Below, in pieces: positions 36,117 through 48,978 of a stretch of DNA of 64,000 nt. The notes under the pieces were generated by a model, which had not been told where the DNA came from, made no database searches, and was given only the letters and a program-made list of their open reading frames with translations. Within the stretch, counting starts at the first letter, position 1. Each line of letters opens with the position of its first letter. This stretch comes from Rhynchopus sp. YZ270_cl-10 (Eukaryota). The position numbers and the translations under genes are program-made. The stretch lies in assembly GCA_964035575.1 (NCBI GenBank), contig OZ037846.1, forward strand, positions 1,302,001 to 1,366,000. Reading direction: 5' to 3'.

Positions 36117-39100
36117 CACGGCGGGGTCCGCACACCCCGAGGGTCCGTAAAACGGCATGTTAGGACACTCCCTCTTTACGGAGTGTCATTACGTACCCTA
36201 GGGTACGTAATTACGGACCCTAGGGTCCGTAATTACGTACCCTAGGGTCCGTAATTACGTACCCTAGGGTCCGTAATTACGGAGCCTCCCAGGAAAAGGG
36301 ACTCTCGAAAATTTTTTTTTGCCCCCGTTTAGGGCTAATTTCGACGATTTGAGGCCATTAAAAGCAAAATTTGGCACTTTTGAGCATCTGTGGGGGTCTA
36401 AAACACAGTTTAGAGTACCACAATTTTTAGTGGGTTTTACCGAAAACAAGTCAATTTTTGGGCCGAAAAAAAATTTTTTTTGACATCACAAAATTGCCCT
36501 TGGTGGGCCTATGTGTCCTCAATGCTGGGCGAAAAATGCAAATATAGCTATTTTTAACTTTCACACACACGGGTTTTACCTGTGTACCTGTGTATCTGTG
36601 TACCTGTGTACAGGATATTTGTTGTGAAAGACATCTTCCACCATGCATTGAGGAGGGTAAGACAGTGGTCGCAGTTTGTACTTGATAGCATTACAACATT
36701 TAACTTCTCCACGGGGGTCTTGGGCCGTTCACTCGGTTATACCTTGACTACCGGAAGATATTCTTGAGGCCTTTTTGGTCTCTAGAATATCCGGTATTCC
36801 CGAACGGAGGCGCACTTTGTGTGTTACTACGACCTGGCAATTTCCAGCAGTAGGTTAAGTAATCTTTCTTGTAAATTGTTGGATCATTATCTCCTCAGTG
36901 CATGAATGCCCCACGTGACTGGACACTTTCGTGTTTGTCATGTGGAGCTGTGGTTGCTTTTTTCACGACTTTTTTCCTTGTACACCAGTGTACCGTGTAC
37001 CGGGGTACCTGGGCCGAAAATACACCAGTACCCAGGTGCCTGGGTGCCCAGACACACCACTGTACCCAGAATCCAGTCTCCCACCCAGAAAACCTACTCA
37101 TACACCAGAAAAGTGAAAATAGCTACTCGATCAGAAAAGTCGGCTACGACCAGAAAAGTAGCTGGGAAAAGTTCAGAAAAAGCCAGAAAATTTCAACAAA
37201 ACGCATTTTTAGGTTCTCGAAGACACTGGGTACTGGGTACTGGGTACTGGGTACTGGGTACTGGGTACTGGGTACTGGGTACTGGGTACTGGGTACTGGG
37301 TACTGGGTACTGGGTACTGGGTACTGGGTACTGGGTACTGGGTACTGGGTACTGGGTACTGGGTACTGGGTACTGGGTACTGGGTACTGGGTACTGGGTA
37401 CTGGGTACTGGGTACTGGGTACTGGGTACTGGGTACTGGGTACTGGGTACTGGGTACTGGGTACTGGGTACTGGGTACTGGGTACTGGGTACTGGGTACT
37501 GGGTACTGGGTACTGGGTACTGGGTACTGGGTACTGGGTACTGGGTACTGGGTACTGGGTACTGGGTACTGGGTACTGGGTACTGGGTACTGGGTACTGG
37601 GTACTGGGTACTGGGTACTGGGTACTGGGTACTGGGTACTGGGTACTGGGTACTGGGTACTGGGTACTGGGTACTGGGTACTGGGTACTGGGTACTGGGT
37701 ACTGGGTACTGGGTACTGGGTACTGGGTACTGGGTACTGGGTACTGGGTACTGGGTACTGGGTACTGGGTACTGGGTACTGGGTACTGGGTACTGGGTAC
37801 TGGGTACTGGGTACTGGGTACTGGGTACTGGGTACTGGGTACTGGGTACTGGGTACTGGGTACTGGGTACTGGGTACTGGGTACTGGGTACTGGGTACTG
37901 GGTACTGGGTACTGGGTACTGGGTACTGGGTACTGGGTACTGGGTACTGGGTACTGGGTACTGGGCACCCAGAGAAAGCACCTTAAAAGCAGCGAAGGCG
38001 CAGGTTACGGGGAAGACAAGGTATGTAATTATGTTTAACTTTCAGTTACTAGTGAAGATTGGACAAAAAAATGCCGCATATTTCAACTTGTTCGTGTTTT
38101 CAACTCGAAATAAACGCGTAATGTTCACACTATTAAATAGCTATTTTTTTACGCACCAATCATTTTGTGTCACCTCATGACATGAAGGAGGAAATAGAAA
38201 CAAAGCATTTTGAACACACTTGCGGTTCTGGGGACGAACCGCGCTGCAGAGCCACTCCTCAGGTCGAGGTGTGTGCGTTTCACCACAACCTCTCCCATGG
38301 GTTTTATCGTGTGATGAGTGTTACGTTTCTATTTGGTTCCACAGGCGCTCGTTACCTGCTTCACATAATTCACCTCGCTTCACTCGAACCATTTGTGCAG
38401 CAGGTCACTCTCTCGACCTGTAGCGTGGAAAAAATCTATCTTATTTCACGGCAATAAATAGCCTTTTTTATTAACCTCACCTTTCCCGACTACTACGTTT
38501 GTATACCATAACTTAATCACACCCCACATTTACACTTATCACAGGATCGTGAAGTCTGAACTGCACCCGCGATTGCGATGAGAAGCTTCACCGCGGTCCG
38601 ACATTCAACAACTCAAAATCTACCCGCATCAATCTATTCTCGAAGATCTGGGTGGAGGGGGGTGGGTACACTTAGTCAGTCACTGCTATAGCCATTAACC
38701 AAGGGAGCATAGCTAGTGCAAGAAATTCGACTTTGGAAACCTTCCGGAAAGTCTGTCCTCTGCTTCCGGAGGACTAGACACAAGAAAATATTGCGTTCCC
38801 CCAGAAAACCAGTGCACAATTCACACTCCTTGTGGGTGGTCTTGTTGCCTTTTTGGTCAACAGTAATTTTGGCCCAGGCATGCTCTTGAAGCATGACAAT
38901 TTAGTGTGTATGGGGCAGGGTGTTGTTTTGTTCTGAATTCTCTTTGTTATAACATCTAAGTCAATCGCGGGTGGTGGTTTGTGTAGCGTGAGGCACTCTT
39001 TTTAACAAACTTCCTGCGGCTGCTAAAGCGTTATTTCTTCGGATTTAACAACGTACAGCGTAACATAGTGGATTAGCCTGGTCGACACAACCTTTGATAG

Positions 39101-40074
39101 CTATGGGATAACCAACCCCCTTCGACCCCTTGTGGGTTCACTGAACAAGCCCTAGTGGTAGTTAAACGCGATTGACATTTACATTCCTAAAGATGAAAGA
39201 ACAAGACAACACTTCTGTACCCGCGCATCAAAATTGTGGAAAACTTTGCACCCCAAACACCCTCAACAACGCCCGCCAAAAGGCGCCCCTTGTTGCTGGG
39301 ACTTGGTTCTCATTGATACACTGCACAGCAGGCATTCCTCTGAGTCCAACGCAGTTTGGCCTGTCTGCAGCGTTGCACCGAAGGTGCACGAAGACAGGGT
39401 CTGGTGGTAAATTTTGCGTCTCGCATTCCCTCAGGGAAGTTTAAAAACTCTTGAGCTCGGTTTGTTGTCAAAGAAATATTCAACCATGTATTGAGGAGGG
39501 TAAGACAGTGTTCGCAGTTTGTACTTGATAGCATTACAACATTTAACTTCTCCACGGGGGTCTTGGGCCGTTCATTCGGTTATACCTTGACTACCGGAAG
39601 ATATTCTTGAGGCCTTTTTGGTCTCTAGAATATCCGGTATTCCCGAACGGAGGCACACTTTGTGTGTTACTACGACCTGGCAATTTCCAGCAGTAGGTTA
39701 AGTAATCTTTCTTGTAAATTGTTGGATCATTATCTCCTCAGTGCATGGTGGAAGACGTCTTTGACAACTAACCGAGCTCACGACTTTTTTCGGTATGTAA
39801 CTTGGGATAGGCCCACATGATCATGGTCTATCATGTGGTACCTGTGTACCACTCGGTTTGCTCCCAGGGCTTTTCGACCAGCAGTCACACATCCAAACAG
39901 TGATTTCCCACCTTAGACCACGTAATTACGTACCCTAGGGTCCGTAATTACGGACCCTAGGGTACGTAATTACGGACCCTAGGGTCCGTAATTACGGACC
40001 CGGGTCCGCACTTGAGGGTCCGTAAAGAGGGTCCGTAAAATTTACGGACCCTCGGGTGTGTGGACCCCGCCGTG
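36117..40074. mobile_element. CACG-terminus (CMC/CACTA-like) non-autonomous element with second GGGTACT array
   Basis: ~35-bp TIR CACGGCGGGGTCC; 2-bp TSD CA; 22-bp palindromic subterminal repeats TAATTACGKACCCTAGGGTMCG at both ends. Confidence 0.9.
37225..37965 (+). repeat. Perfect 7-bp tandem array (ACTGGGT)x~106
   Basis: Same unit, strand and downstream flank (CCAGAGAA.GCACCTT...GCAGCGAAGGCGCA) as 1642-2376. Confidence 0.98.
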
Positions 40075-40692
40075 CAATGTATTTTCAATGGGGGGGGGGG
40101 GGGGGGGGTTTTTTTGGCCGTACTTTGTGATTTTCCTCCGGGGCTGGTATCGCGGGTGACTCAGTAAGGGGGTGCCAGTGGAGGCACGGCTATCCATAAG
40201 CAAAAAGAAGAAGAAGGAAAAAAATATAGTGGAGCTCATCCTCGGGGGTTTACACTGATACGACCAAGTTTTTCAAAATAAAGTACCACCCCCTCTACAG
40301 CCCAGTGGAAGGTTGCCGTAAGGAAGAGAATGCTGTGGAGGTTTTACGAGATGAGTATTAAGAAATACCATTTTCTCCCCGCTCCCTCCCTCCCTCCCCT
40401 TTCTGTATCTCGCTGCTGCTGTCTTCTTCAGTAACGTGCTTTCTTGTATATTTTTTTTTCGAATAAAAAGATTGACACAGCAATACAAGCTTTTTCGTTT
40501 TTGTCACCTCATAAAGGAGGAAATAGAAACAAAGCATTTTGAACACACTTTTGCGGTTCTGGGGACGAACCGCGCTGCAGAAGCCACGCCTCACCAAACC
40601 AGGTCGAGGTGTTGTGCGTTTCACCAACAACCCGGGTTTTATTGTACTGTGTACCTGATTACAGTTTTCCCTGTAAACCACTCCCATGCGCA

Positions 40693-40768
40693 ACACTCCG
40701 GGGGTTCGATAACCCGCGGAGTGTCAGTGCCTGCGTCCCAGAGGCGTTTGCGCTATCAACTTCACTTT
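40693..40768 (+). repeat. Structured repeat family F4 (two hairpins; GGTTCGA T-loop/B-box-like loop)
   Basis: ACACTCCG-GGG-TTCGATAA-CCC-GCGGAGTGT followed by AGTGCCTGCGTC..GAGGCGTTTGCRCT. Copies or parts at 7340, 18682, 19632, 22165, 28559, 43802, 52595, 60500, all on +. Confidence 0.8.
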
Positions 40769-41418
40769 ATTGTGTGATGAGTGTTAAGTTTCTATTTCTT
40801 TCTCCGTGCAGCGTTACAACAAATGATACAACGTGGCAGAACGTACATCATTTTGTAAAAAAAAATGTCGTACGTATTTAGGAAAAACCCCGGGACCAGA
40901 ACCCGGGCTAGTTCACACCTAGACAAAAGAAGATATCCACATTGCCCAGGCAGAACAAAAGAACGTGAACTAGTAAAACTCAAGTATAAAAAAAGCTACA
41001 TTCCAGAGTTGAGGACGATTTACGTCTATATCTTTTACAGTAGGACAAGAACCTTGGCGACCAAATAATATTGGCGGATTTTGGGGGTTTTCTTGCAATT
41101 GGCGACTTTTTTTGGTCGCCAATATTACTTGTCCTACTGTAAGTACAATAGCCTTCCCTCGGGCGACATTGACCACCTGCTCGTACAGATCCTGCAGTAG
41201 CAGGTGATTGTCGACACAACATAAAAAACCCCCTCTGGGTAAACTCTACATCCCTACCCATCCTATTTCTCAAGGTGGTACGCTAAGCTCGTGAGAAGTT
41301 CCAAGCTTATGCGAGACTTACGTTCGTCTTATCCTCAAATCGCAAAAACCCGAGGGGGGAAAAAAAACGTTTCTTTAAGGATGATGGACAACTTCATCAT
41401 CCGCTTATTTCAAGCATA

Positions 41419-43196
41419 CCGTACCGGTCACATTTCTTGATTGTGAAAATGCTTTGATCTTTTGCGCATTTTTAGGAGAGTTTTACCTTTTTTTTTTACG
41501 GTCAGTAATATGTTACCCAAAGGTCTAACTCCCCTAAAAATGCGGAAAAGGTTAACCCTATACACCCCAAGAGCCACTTTAATGGCTTTCGAAATGACGC
41601 CATGCTGTTAGACAGGTTCAACTCATTTTTGTAAAAACATTTTTTTTATGTGGAAAGAATTTGCACCGATCTTTCAAAAGAAGCAAGAGTCGAAAACTTT
41701 TATGCATCGGATATTACTTTCGGTGCTGGGGGCTGGGGTGCTACTTTCACCAAAAGTGACGTTTTTTCGCCCACACCCCCAATCTGTACCTTTCGCGATA
41801 CCCAATGCCGCCAAGCCCTTAGTCGGGTTCTACCCATTTTCGTGAACACAATTTTTTATACATTTCGAAAAATTTTTCGCCGATCTTTCAAAAGAAGCAA
41901 GAATCGAAAACTTTTATGCATCGGATATTACTTTCGATGCTGGGGGGAGGCGGGGTGGGGGTGTGAGCACCCCTGTGACCCCCCCCATATTCTAAAATCT
42001 GTAAGACAACGTGCTCTGACATAGGTTCTACTCATTTTCGTAAAAACACTTTTTTTATGTTGAAAGAATTTGCACCGATCTTTCAAAAGAAGCAAAAATC
42101 GAAAACTTTTGTGCATCTGATATTACTTTCGATGCTGGGGGGAGTAGTACCACTTTTCACGGCCCTTTGGACGGGCATCCCCTATTCTGGTTCCTCAATG
42201 ACACCCCATGCTCTGTATGAGGTTCTACTCGTTTTCGTTAAAATATTTTTATATATTTCAAAGATTTTGACACGAATCTTTCAAAAGAAACAAGAATCGA
42301 AAACTTTTACGCATCTGATTGCACTTTGGATCTGTCTACTGCTACCCACCCAAGAGGCACCCCTTCGACCCGAAGGACATGGTTATGACTAGGGGTCATC
42401 ATGATCTGATAATGGTTCTGCTTGTTTTCGTAAAAATCCTTTGGTTTATAGGGAAACTATTTGACTCAAATCTTTTAAAATAAGCAAAAATCGAAAACTT
42501 TTGTGCATCTGTTTGCCATTTGGATGCTGGGGCGAGTTGCCACCAAAACCACAAAAACACCCCACACACACGACCTATGCAGAGCACACAGTAAGCCGAA
42601 TTTTCACTGTTTTTTCGTATTTCGGGGTGCTTTTTTCATGGATTTTCGGGTCACAGGGTCGTTCCGACCCATTCTGGGGGCTTTCGACCTCAGGAGATGC
42701 CCAAATTGTGAAAAATCGCCCATTTTTTACGTTTTTAGACATGTTTCAGTGTAAATCGTTAAGGAAACCAGTTTTAGACATGGCTGCTAACAGAGCTGCA
42801 CTCATATAAGTTGGGTTCTACTAGGACTTTTTGCTCGATTTTTTTTTCTTTGAAAAGATTTTGTGATCAATCTTTCAAATAACGCCATTTTCGGACAACA
42901 ATAATTTACGGGTTTTTCCTCGGCCGGCCGAATTAGTCAAAAACCAAAAAGTGGATTTTATGCTTACCTCATTTCGGGGATAACATTTTTTTTCGAAAAA
43001 AAACTTAAAAAAATGGAATTGAAAGCCGTGTTCAAAATCTTTCAATTGCGGCCAGGTACGATCAAAAATTTGCATCTGGGGTCCCCTTACCGGTTGGAGA
43101 GCCCCAAAAACCAAAACTCAAAAGTGGCTTGAAAAAACGGCTTGGGAGGTATAGGGTTAAAACATTTTTTACGGTCAATATATGTCACCGGTACGG
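41419..43196. mobile_element. TA-target MITE (CCGTACCGG termini) hosting a piggyBac-type insertion
   Basis: TA|CCGTACCGGTCACAT...ATGTCACCGGTACGG|TA. Confidence 0.82.
41556..43156. mobile_element. Non-autonomous piggyBac-type element with internal ~200-bp degenerate tandem repeats
   Basis: TTAA|CCCTATACACCCCAAG...CTTGGGAGGTATAGGG|TTAA; five repeats of GGTTCTACTCATTTTCGTAAAA...TCGAAAACTTTT. Confidence 0.88.
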
Positions 43197-44040
43197 TAGT
43201 TTTCTTTATTCATACAATTTTCTCTCTTGACGCAGCACAAATAATATAAAAGCCAACTCTTGGTTTTGCACATGAAAAAGCTGTGTTTTTTTTTCTATAT
43301 TGTTCTTTGCATTGGGTACATTTAGTGCACCCTATTACACCTTCTATTCAGTAGAATAGAAAAGTATTATAAAATAATGTTATTATTTTTGCATTTCCTT
43401 CCCCACTCCTTTGGCATATTTCTCGAGATGTAGGATTTTGTATGGGGTCCACCCCACATCATGGCACACTGTCACCGAGGTGGCTTTTTTGTTATTTTCA
43501 AATAAAAAAGACCTTTTTTTTTTTTTTGTGGCTACTGTGGGGAGGATTATGTACAATGCGCCCGTTTTACCATGTTCTCCGCACCTTTTTTTTGAGGGTC
43601 TTGTAATTAAACCCCCAAGGAAGTTACTACTCATGGCTAAGATCATCTCGCCAAACGTTATTCTGAGAGCCTGTGTGTATCTCACTACAGATCTATTAAG
43701 CAAACGAGAAGGCTTAGGGTCATCTTATAAAACTTTTCTGATTGTTTTTTTCCCTCTTTTCGTTTTCAAAGGTAACACCTCCGGGTATGCGGGCTCTGAC
43801 AGTCCGGAGTTCGATGACCCGCGGAGAGTCCCTGAGGCGTTTGTACTATCAACTTCACTTTTTTCTCTCAAGATGACGAAGCCAAGAGGGAGAGATCATC
43901 TTATTTTATAAACAGTTGTGCGCACGTACGAGAGGCACATTTTCATTATTTCAAGTCTTCTTACAAAAAGATTTGTTTGATGTGCATGTGTTTCATCTTG
44001 ATCTTTTCTTCTTTTCTTTAAGTCATTAGGTTTCCTTTTT

Positions 44041-44125
44041 ACTGTAGGCGGCAGGGTACTTGTGCTTTCATCCGGATGGCTGGCATCGTGGGTCAGTCGG
44101 AGGTGCCTGCATCAACAACTACAGT
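44041..44125 (+). repeat. Structured repeat family F7
   Basis: Nested helices ACTGTAG/CTACAGT, GCAGGGTAC/GTGCCTGC, GGCTGGC/GTCAGTC. Copies at 7457, 17133 (inside cyclin intron 3) and 30825, all on +. Confidence 0.85.
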
Positions 44126-44424
44126 TTCTTTGGTTTTTTCTGGAGATATAATGCAATCTGTCGCAATCTTTCATAAAAATTTTCTATAATTTATTTACAA
44201 AAAAAAAAAAAGCTTATTTACAAAACTTGTTACGAAGAACAAAAAAACGTTTTGCAGTCTTCATATTTACAACGGAAGGCAGCAGAGTCTACACTGGTAG
44301 CTAGGCTATTCAATAATATTTACAAAAACAAAAACAAAAACAAAACAAAAAACAAAAACACCACAGTGAAGACTGTCTTTTTGGCAGCTACACTACTCCA
44401 ACAAATTATCAAACAAAAAACAAT

Positions 44425-44471
44425 TAGTGGAGCACACTCTAGGGTGGCTACACTAATACAACCAAGTTTTC
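44425..44471 (+). repeat. Short hairpin repeat family F2 (and related F3)
   Basis: TAGTGGAGC-hairpin-KCTACACTA-ATACAACCAAGTTTTC at 9915, 19097, 21803, 26803, 28769, 30115, 40228, 52302, 59505 (+) and one partial reverse copy at 62104. F3 (GTGGAGATTGC..GCAACTACAC) at 9312, 26727, 44385, 59139. Confidence 0.88.
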
Positions 44472-44999
44472 AAAAAAAAAACAAAAAAAAAACCATGTGT
44501 CATTACACTAAATTACACTTTTGCTAAAATAGACGCTACCATTTAAGTACTATTTTTTTGTTAAAAATAATCATCTACACAAAACGCAGATAGGAACTTA
44601 TCTATCTGGGCGATCCTCATTTATATAAAATTTAAAAAAACGTTTTTCAAAACAAAAAACAAACAAACAAACAAATTTCAGAAAAAGGAAAAAAAAACAT
44701 CTGTCAAAGATGTGATCAAGCAGAACGGATACATTTTTGACTTCTACAGTATAACCCTATCTGTTCAATATCCGGGTAGTTATCCACACAGCAACAACAA
44801 CAACAACAAAGACAAATGTAGGTACCTGCACAGATCCCGTTTTTCTTTTTTTACACCACTTTCTCCTACGATTTTTTTTGGGGGTCTGAGCGCTCTATCA
44901 CCTTCTTCTTCCGGAAGGTTATTTTCTTTTTCAATTTTTTTCCCAAGATGAGAAGACACGTTGGACAAGATCCATCCTGTTAAAAGTATTATCTTTTTT

Positions 45000-47627
45000 C
45001 ACGGGTTGCCTACGATCGTAGTACGATCGTTTACGATCGTACCAAAAAACGATCGTAACGATCGTAAAATATCGTACTACGATCAACTACGATCGTACTA
45101 TGATCGTAAACGATCGTAGTACGATCGTAGTACGATCGTAGTACGTTTGCCAAACGAAATAACGAATATCGCTTGAAATACCGTCCGATATTCCTTGCAT
45201 GGTGTGCATGAAGCACACACAAGGTATATCAAACGATAATCAATCAGATAAAACGTTACATCATTGGAAAATTGTTGGCACCGCCGCCCTGTCTTCGTAT
45301 TTATTACGTCGACAGGCCAAACAACGTTGGGCTCAGAAGAAGCAGTGCTAGACAGTCACTGGGGATCAACATGAGAACCAACTCCCAACAACACAGGCTA
45401 CCGAAGTAGCAGGTGGGGTGTTGCGGGTGTTTGGGGTGAAAGAAAATCGATTTTGGTAAGTTGCAGCAGAAAATTCTTAAGTTTGCAATCGCGAGAAGGG
45501 TTACACTGCTCTTGCGAGCTGTGAACCGGTAAGGTTGAGAAGGGTGACACGGCATACAAGTACAAGTACAAGTAAGACGTACCTTCTGCAAAGGCTGAAT
45601 TCGCAATTCTAAGGGATATGAATTCAGCCCCCACATGTTTTTTTGAGATTATCATTCCATGGTATACTACGCGTTCCCGAAGAATGAATCACCCCCTCCT
45701 CGTTCATGCAAACTCAAGAAAATTCTGAAGTAACTACAACCTGGCGTGCGGGTACAGATGCATTGCTTTGTTCTTTCCTCAAAGTCATGTGTGATCTCTC
45801 GGGTCTGTACTAAAGTCAGTGTTTAGATAAGCATCCACTTGACTCGTTCTAACAACCGTTGAAATCTAGAACAAAACAATACACTGCCCCTTCTCACACC
45901 AAGCCGCCATGCTTCAAGAGCATGCCCTGGGCAAAAATTACTGTGACAAAAATTAGTTTTCTGGGGGAACGCAATATTTTCTGTCTATTTTCTCCGTGTC
46001 TCGTCCTCCGCAAGCAGAGGACAGACTTTCCGGATCCCGAAGTCGAATTTCTTGCACTAGCTATGCTCCCTGGGTTAAATGGCTATAGCAGTGACTGACT
46101 AAGAGTTTCATAATAATTAGGGTGGTCTATGGGGTGGGTTAATGGAAAAGTTGGTATATAAACCCGACTTTTACGATCGCCACCTGGTTTTGAAATAATT
46201 GCACCAGCTCTTCCGTCGGCACTGCTTCGCTGTCACGATGAAGGGTCGTCGGTTCGGGTACCTGTTAAGAGAAATTGAATGTAAAAGTAGAGACTACAAC
46301 AAAAAAACAAACAAACAAACAAACAAGAAGCCGCCCCGTACCCCTTAAACGTAAAAGTGACATTTTTGTGGACAAAAAAAAAATTATTACGCGTCCACTC
46401 GACGTTTGGATAAAGAAAACTAGAGATGAAAGGGGGTTTGGGGGGAAGAGTTTAATTCTTGAACGCATCCCCACACTCAGTCACACTTTTTTTTTTTGAA
46501 AAACACCAAACGCTGTTCACAATAATGAACGAAAAATTGACAATTTTCCTGAAGATGTAATGTATGTGCGAGAGATGGGGAGCACGGGAGGGAAAAAACG
46601 ACTCGTGGATACTGAAAAATTTCACTAGAAATGCACGCATGTCTTATATAAAAAAAAATAGCTAAAAAATAGCGGACATGTCGAAAAGGGAGAAAACCGG
46701 GGGGTTAAAAACATACCTTGCACTCGGCCCACTCTCCAGGTACAAAGAACATCACTGCACGACAAACCCACTACTACAATAGAAAATAACTATTTTTTAC
46801 CGAACAGAAAGGTCGTTTTATCGATGAGTGTTTTCTGAGTGCACACTCAGTGGGGACAAAATGCAACACTTCAAGGCATGCAATACTCCAAGGAATTTGC
46901 TAAGGAAAAGTCGATATTGTGGGCCCCTGTAGTAGTGCATATAGTTTACCCCCAGATCGTCAAAACACCCGATTTTTGCGTTTTTTTGCACTTTTTGGTG
47001 CCCAAAAACCCAACTCAGGGGTCAAAATTTTCCCGAAATAAAAATTTTTTTTTTGAGATTTTTTGATTTTTTGACAAGGCGCTGGCCCATACAAAATGCA
47101 CTGGTGGTACAGAAAATGACTGGGGAATTAACTCTAGATGCTCAAAACAGCCCAATTCTTGCTTTTTTTGACTTTTTGGTCCCAGAAGGGTACCTAGGGT
47201 GTAGTGAGCAGGCCTCAAAAACACTTGTGAAAAAAAAAATTGGGGTTTTTTTTTTTTGAGATTTTTTCAAAAATCGACTTGTTTTTGGTAAAAATCACGA
47301 AATTTTGGGTTCGCGGAACCGCGTTTTAGACCCCCCTAGATGCTCAAAAGTGCCAAATTTTGCTTTTAATGGCCTCAAATCGTCGAAATTAGCCCAATAT
47401 AGGGGCAAAAAAAAAATTCGAGGGTCTAGGTATGGAGAGCGAGCACCTTAGAAGGAAGATCGTACGATCGTACTACGATCGTTACGATCGTAGTACGATC
47501 GTACGATCATAATACGATCGTAAGTACGATCGTACTACGATCGTACTTTGATCGTAGTACGATCGTAGTACGATCAAAAAAGAGCTACGATCGTAAGAGA
47601 TCGTACTACGATCGTAGGCAACCCGTG
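45000..47627. mobile_element. CACG-terminus (CMC/CACTA-like) non-autonomous element
   Basis: TIR CACGGGTTGCCTACGATCGTAGTACGATC; TT flanks; dense TACGATCGTA palindromic subterminal repeats. Confidence 0.9.
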
Positions 47628-48115
47628 TTTTTTATTTCATTTTTTTTTTTCTCGAAGTTATCATTGGCTAACCTCATTATTTTGGTGACTAAGCAACGAG
47701 AGGCTTAGGGTCATCTTATAAAACTTTTCTTTTCTTTTTTCTTTTTCTTTTCTTTTCAAAATCATCTTCGCTTCTTAACCGTTTTGTTTTTCGTAGGATG
47801 GGTACTAGATGTCTGCGTGTGGTACACCTAAGGCTGTTTCGTCTTTGCGAATGGGTGTAAAATGTGTGGTTTTGTTTTTGTTTTTTTTTTCATTCGCAAG
47901 ATGCTCTGTTTTCTTTGGTGATGCAGATTTAAAAAAAAAAGGAAATACTACGGTGTCAATAACTATCTTCGCCCACACAGGAAAAACGGGAAACGAAATA
48001 GGGGGAAAGTTTGTTAGTTGTACGCTTCCACCCTTCCACACACACTCAGGACTGTTGTAATGCTCTTTTTGTTATCTTTTCAGTTATTTATTTTCTTCTT
48101 CTACTTGATCCTTGT

Positions 48116-48173
<58 letters not shown>

Positions 48174-48749
48174 CGTTTTGAAAACTGATATGTTTACAAA
48201 AACAGAGCCAAATAGAAAAGGTAAGAAAATGAGAGTCCTGAAGTACAGAAAGTGGTGTGTGAGAAGGGAGGAGCACAGGTGAGGGTGAAAACAGTTAGAG
48301 CGACCGTAGCATTTCCCCTGTCAACTGCGTTTGACCTATAAAAATACTACGGTGTCAATAACTATCTTCGCCCACACAGGAAAAACGGGAAACGAAATAG
48401 GGGGAAAGTTTGTTAGTTGTACGCTTCCACCCAGGACCCTATGGGACGCGGTAGCGCAGAAAAAAAGATGCCCCAACCACTCCCCAGCCTTTAAAACAGA
48501 GAGAATTCCTCGTCCAAAACTACAGCCTCCTGAGCGATCGTGCCTCGTGTGTAATCGTCTGCCTCTTGCATCAGAATGTTAACGTAGATGCTTCTGATCC
48601 GTATGTACCTGTTTCTGGCGACGTCGACTCTTGCAAGCAGCAGGTATGCCTGGTAACACGTTAAGTACCCCCGTTAATACAATGCACTGCCGCCATCAGG
48701 TTGTCGGGAAGGTTGGCAGGTTAACAGATTTGGTGAATTAACCGCATAT

Positions 48750-48978
48750 CGGAGCTAAGGAGCTAAGGCGCTAATGAGCCAAATGAGCCAAGGAGCCAGG
48801 GAGCCAGGGAGATAATGAGCTAATGAGCAAGGGAGCCAAAGAGCTAATGAGCTAAGGTGCTAATGAGCTAATGAGCAAGGGAGCCAAGGAGCTAATGAGC
48901 TAAGGTGCTAATGAGCTAATGAGCAAGGGAGCCAAGGAGCCAAAGAGCTAATGAGCTAAGGTGCTAATGAGTTAAAGA
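48750..48978 (+). repeat. Degenerate 8-bp tandem repeat (GAGCTAAT/GAGCCAAG)
   Basis: About 28 units with higher-order repetition, inside the SDR element. Confidence 0.9.

Noticed and set aside
17400..47900. Numerous 60-160 aa ORFs rich in F/K
   Set aside because: Products of poly-T/poly-A tracts with no coding features, apart from the two hAT remnants listed.
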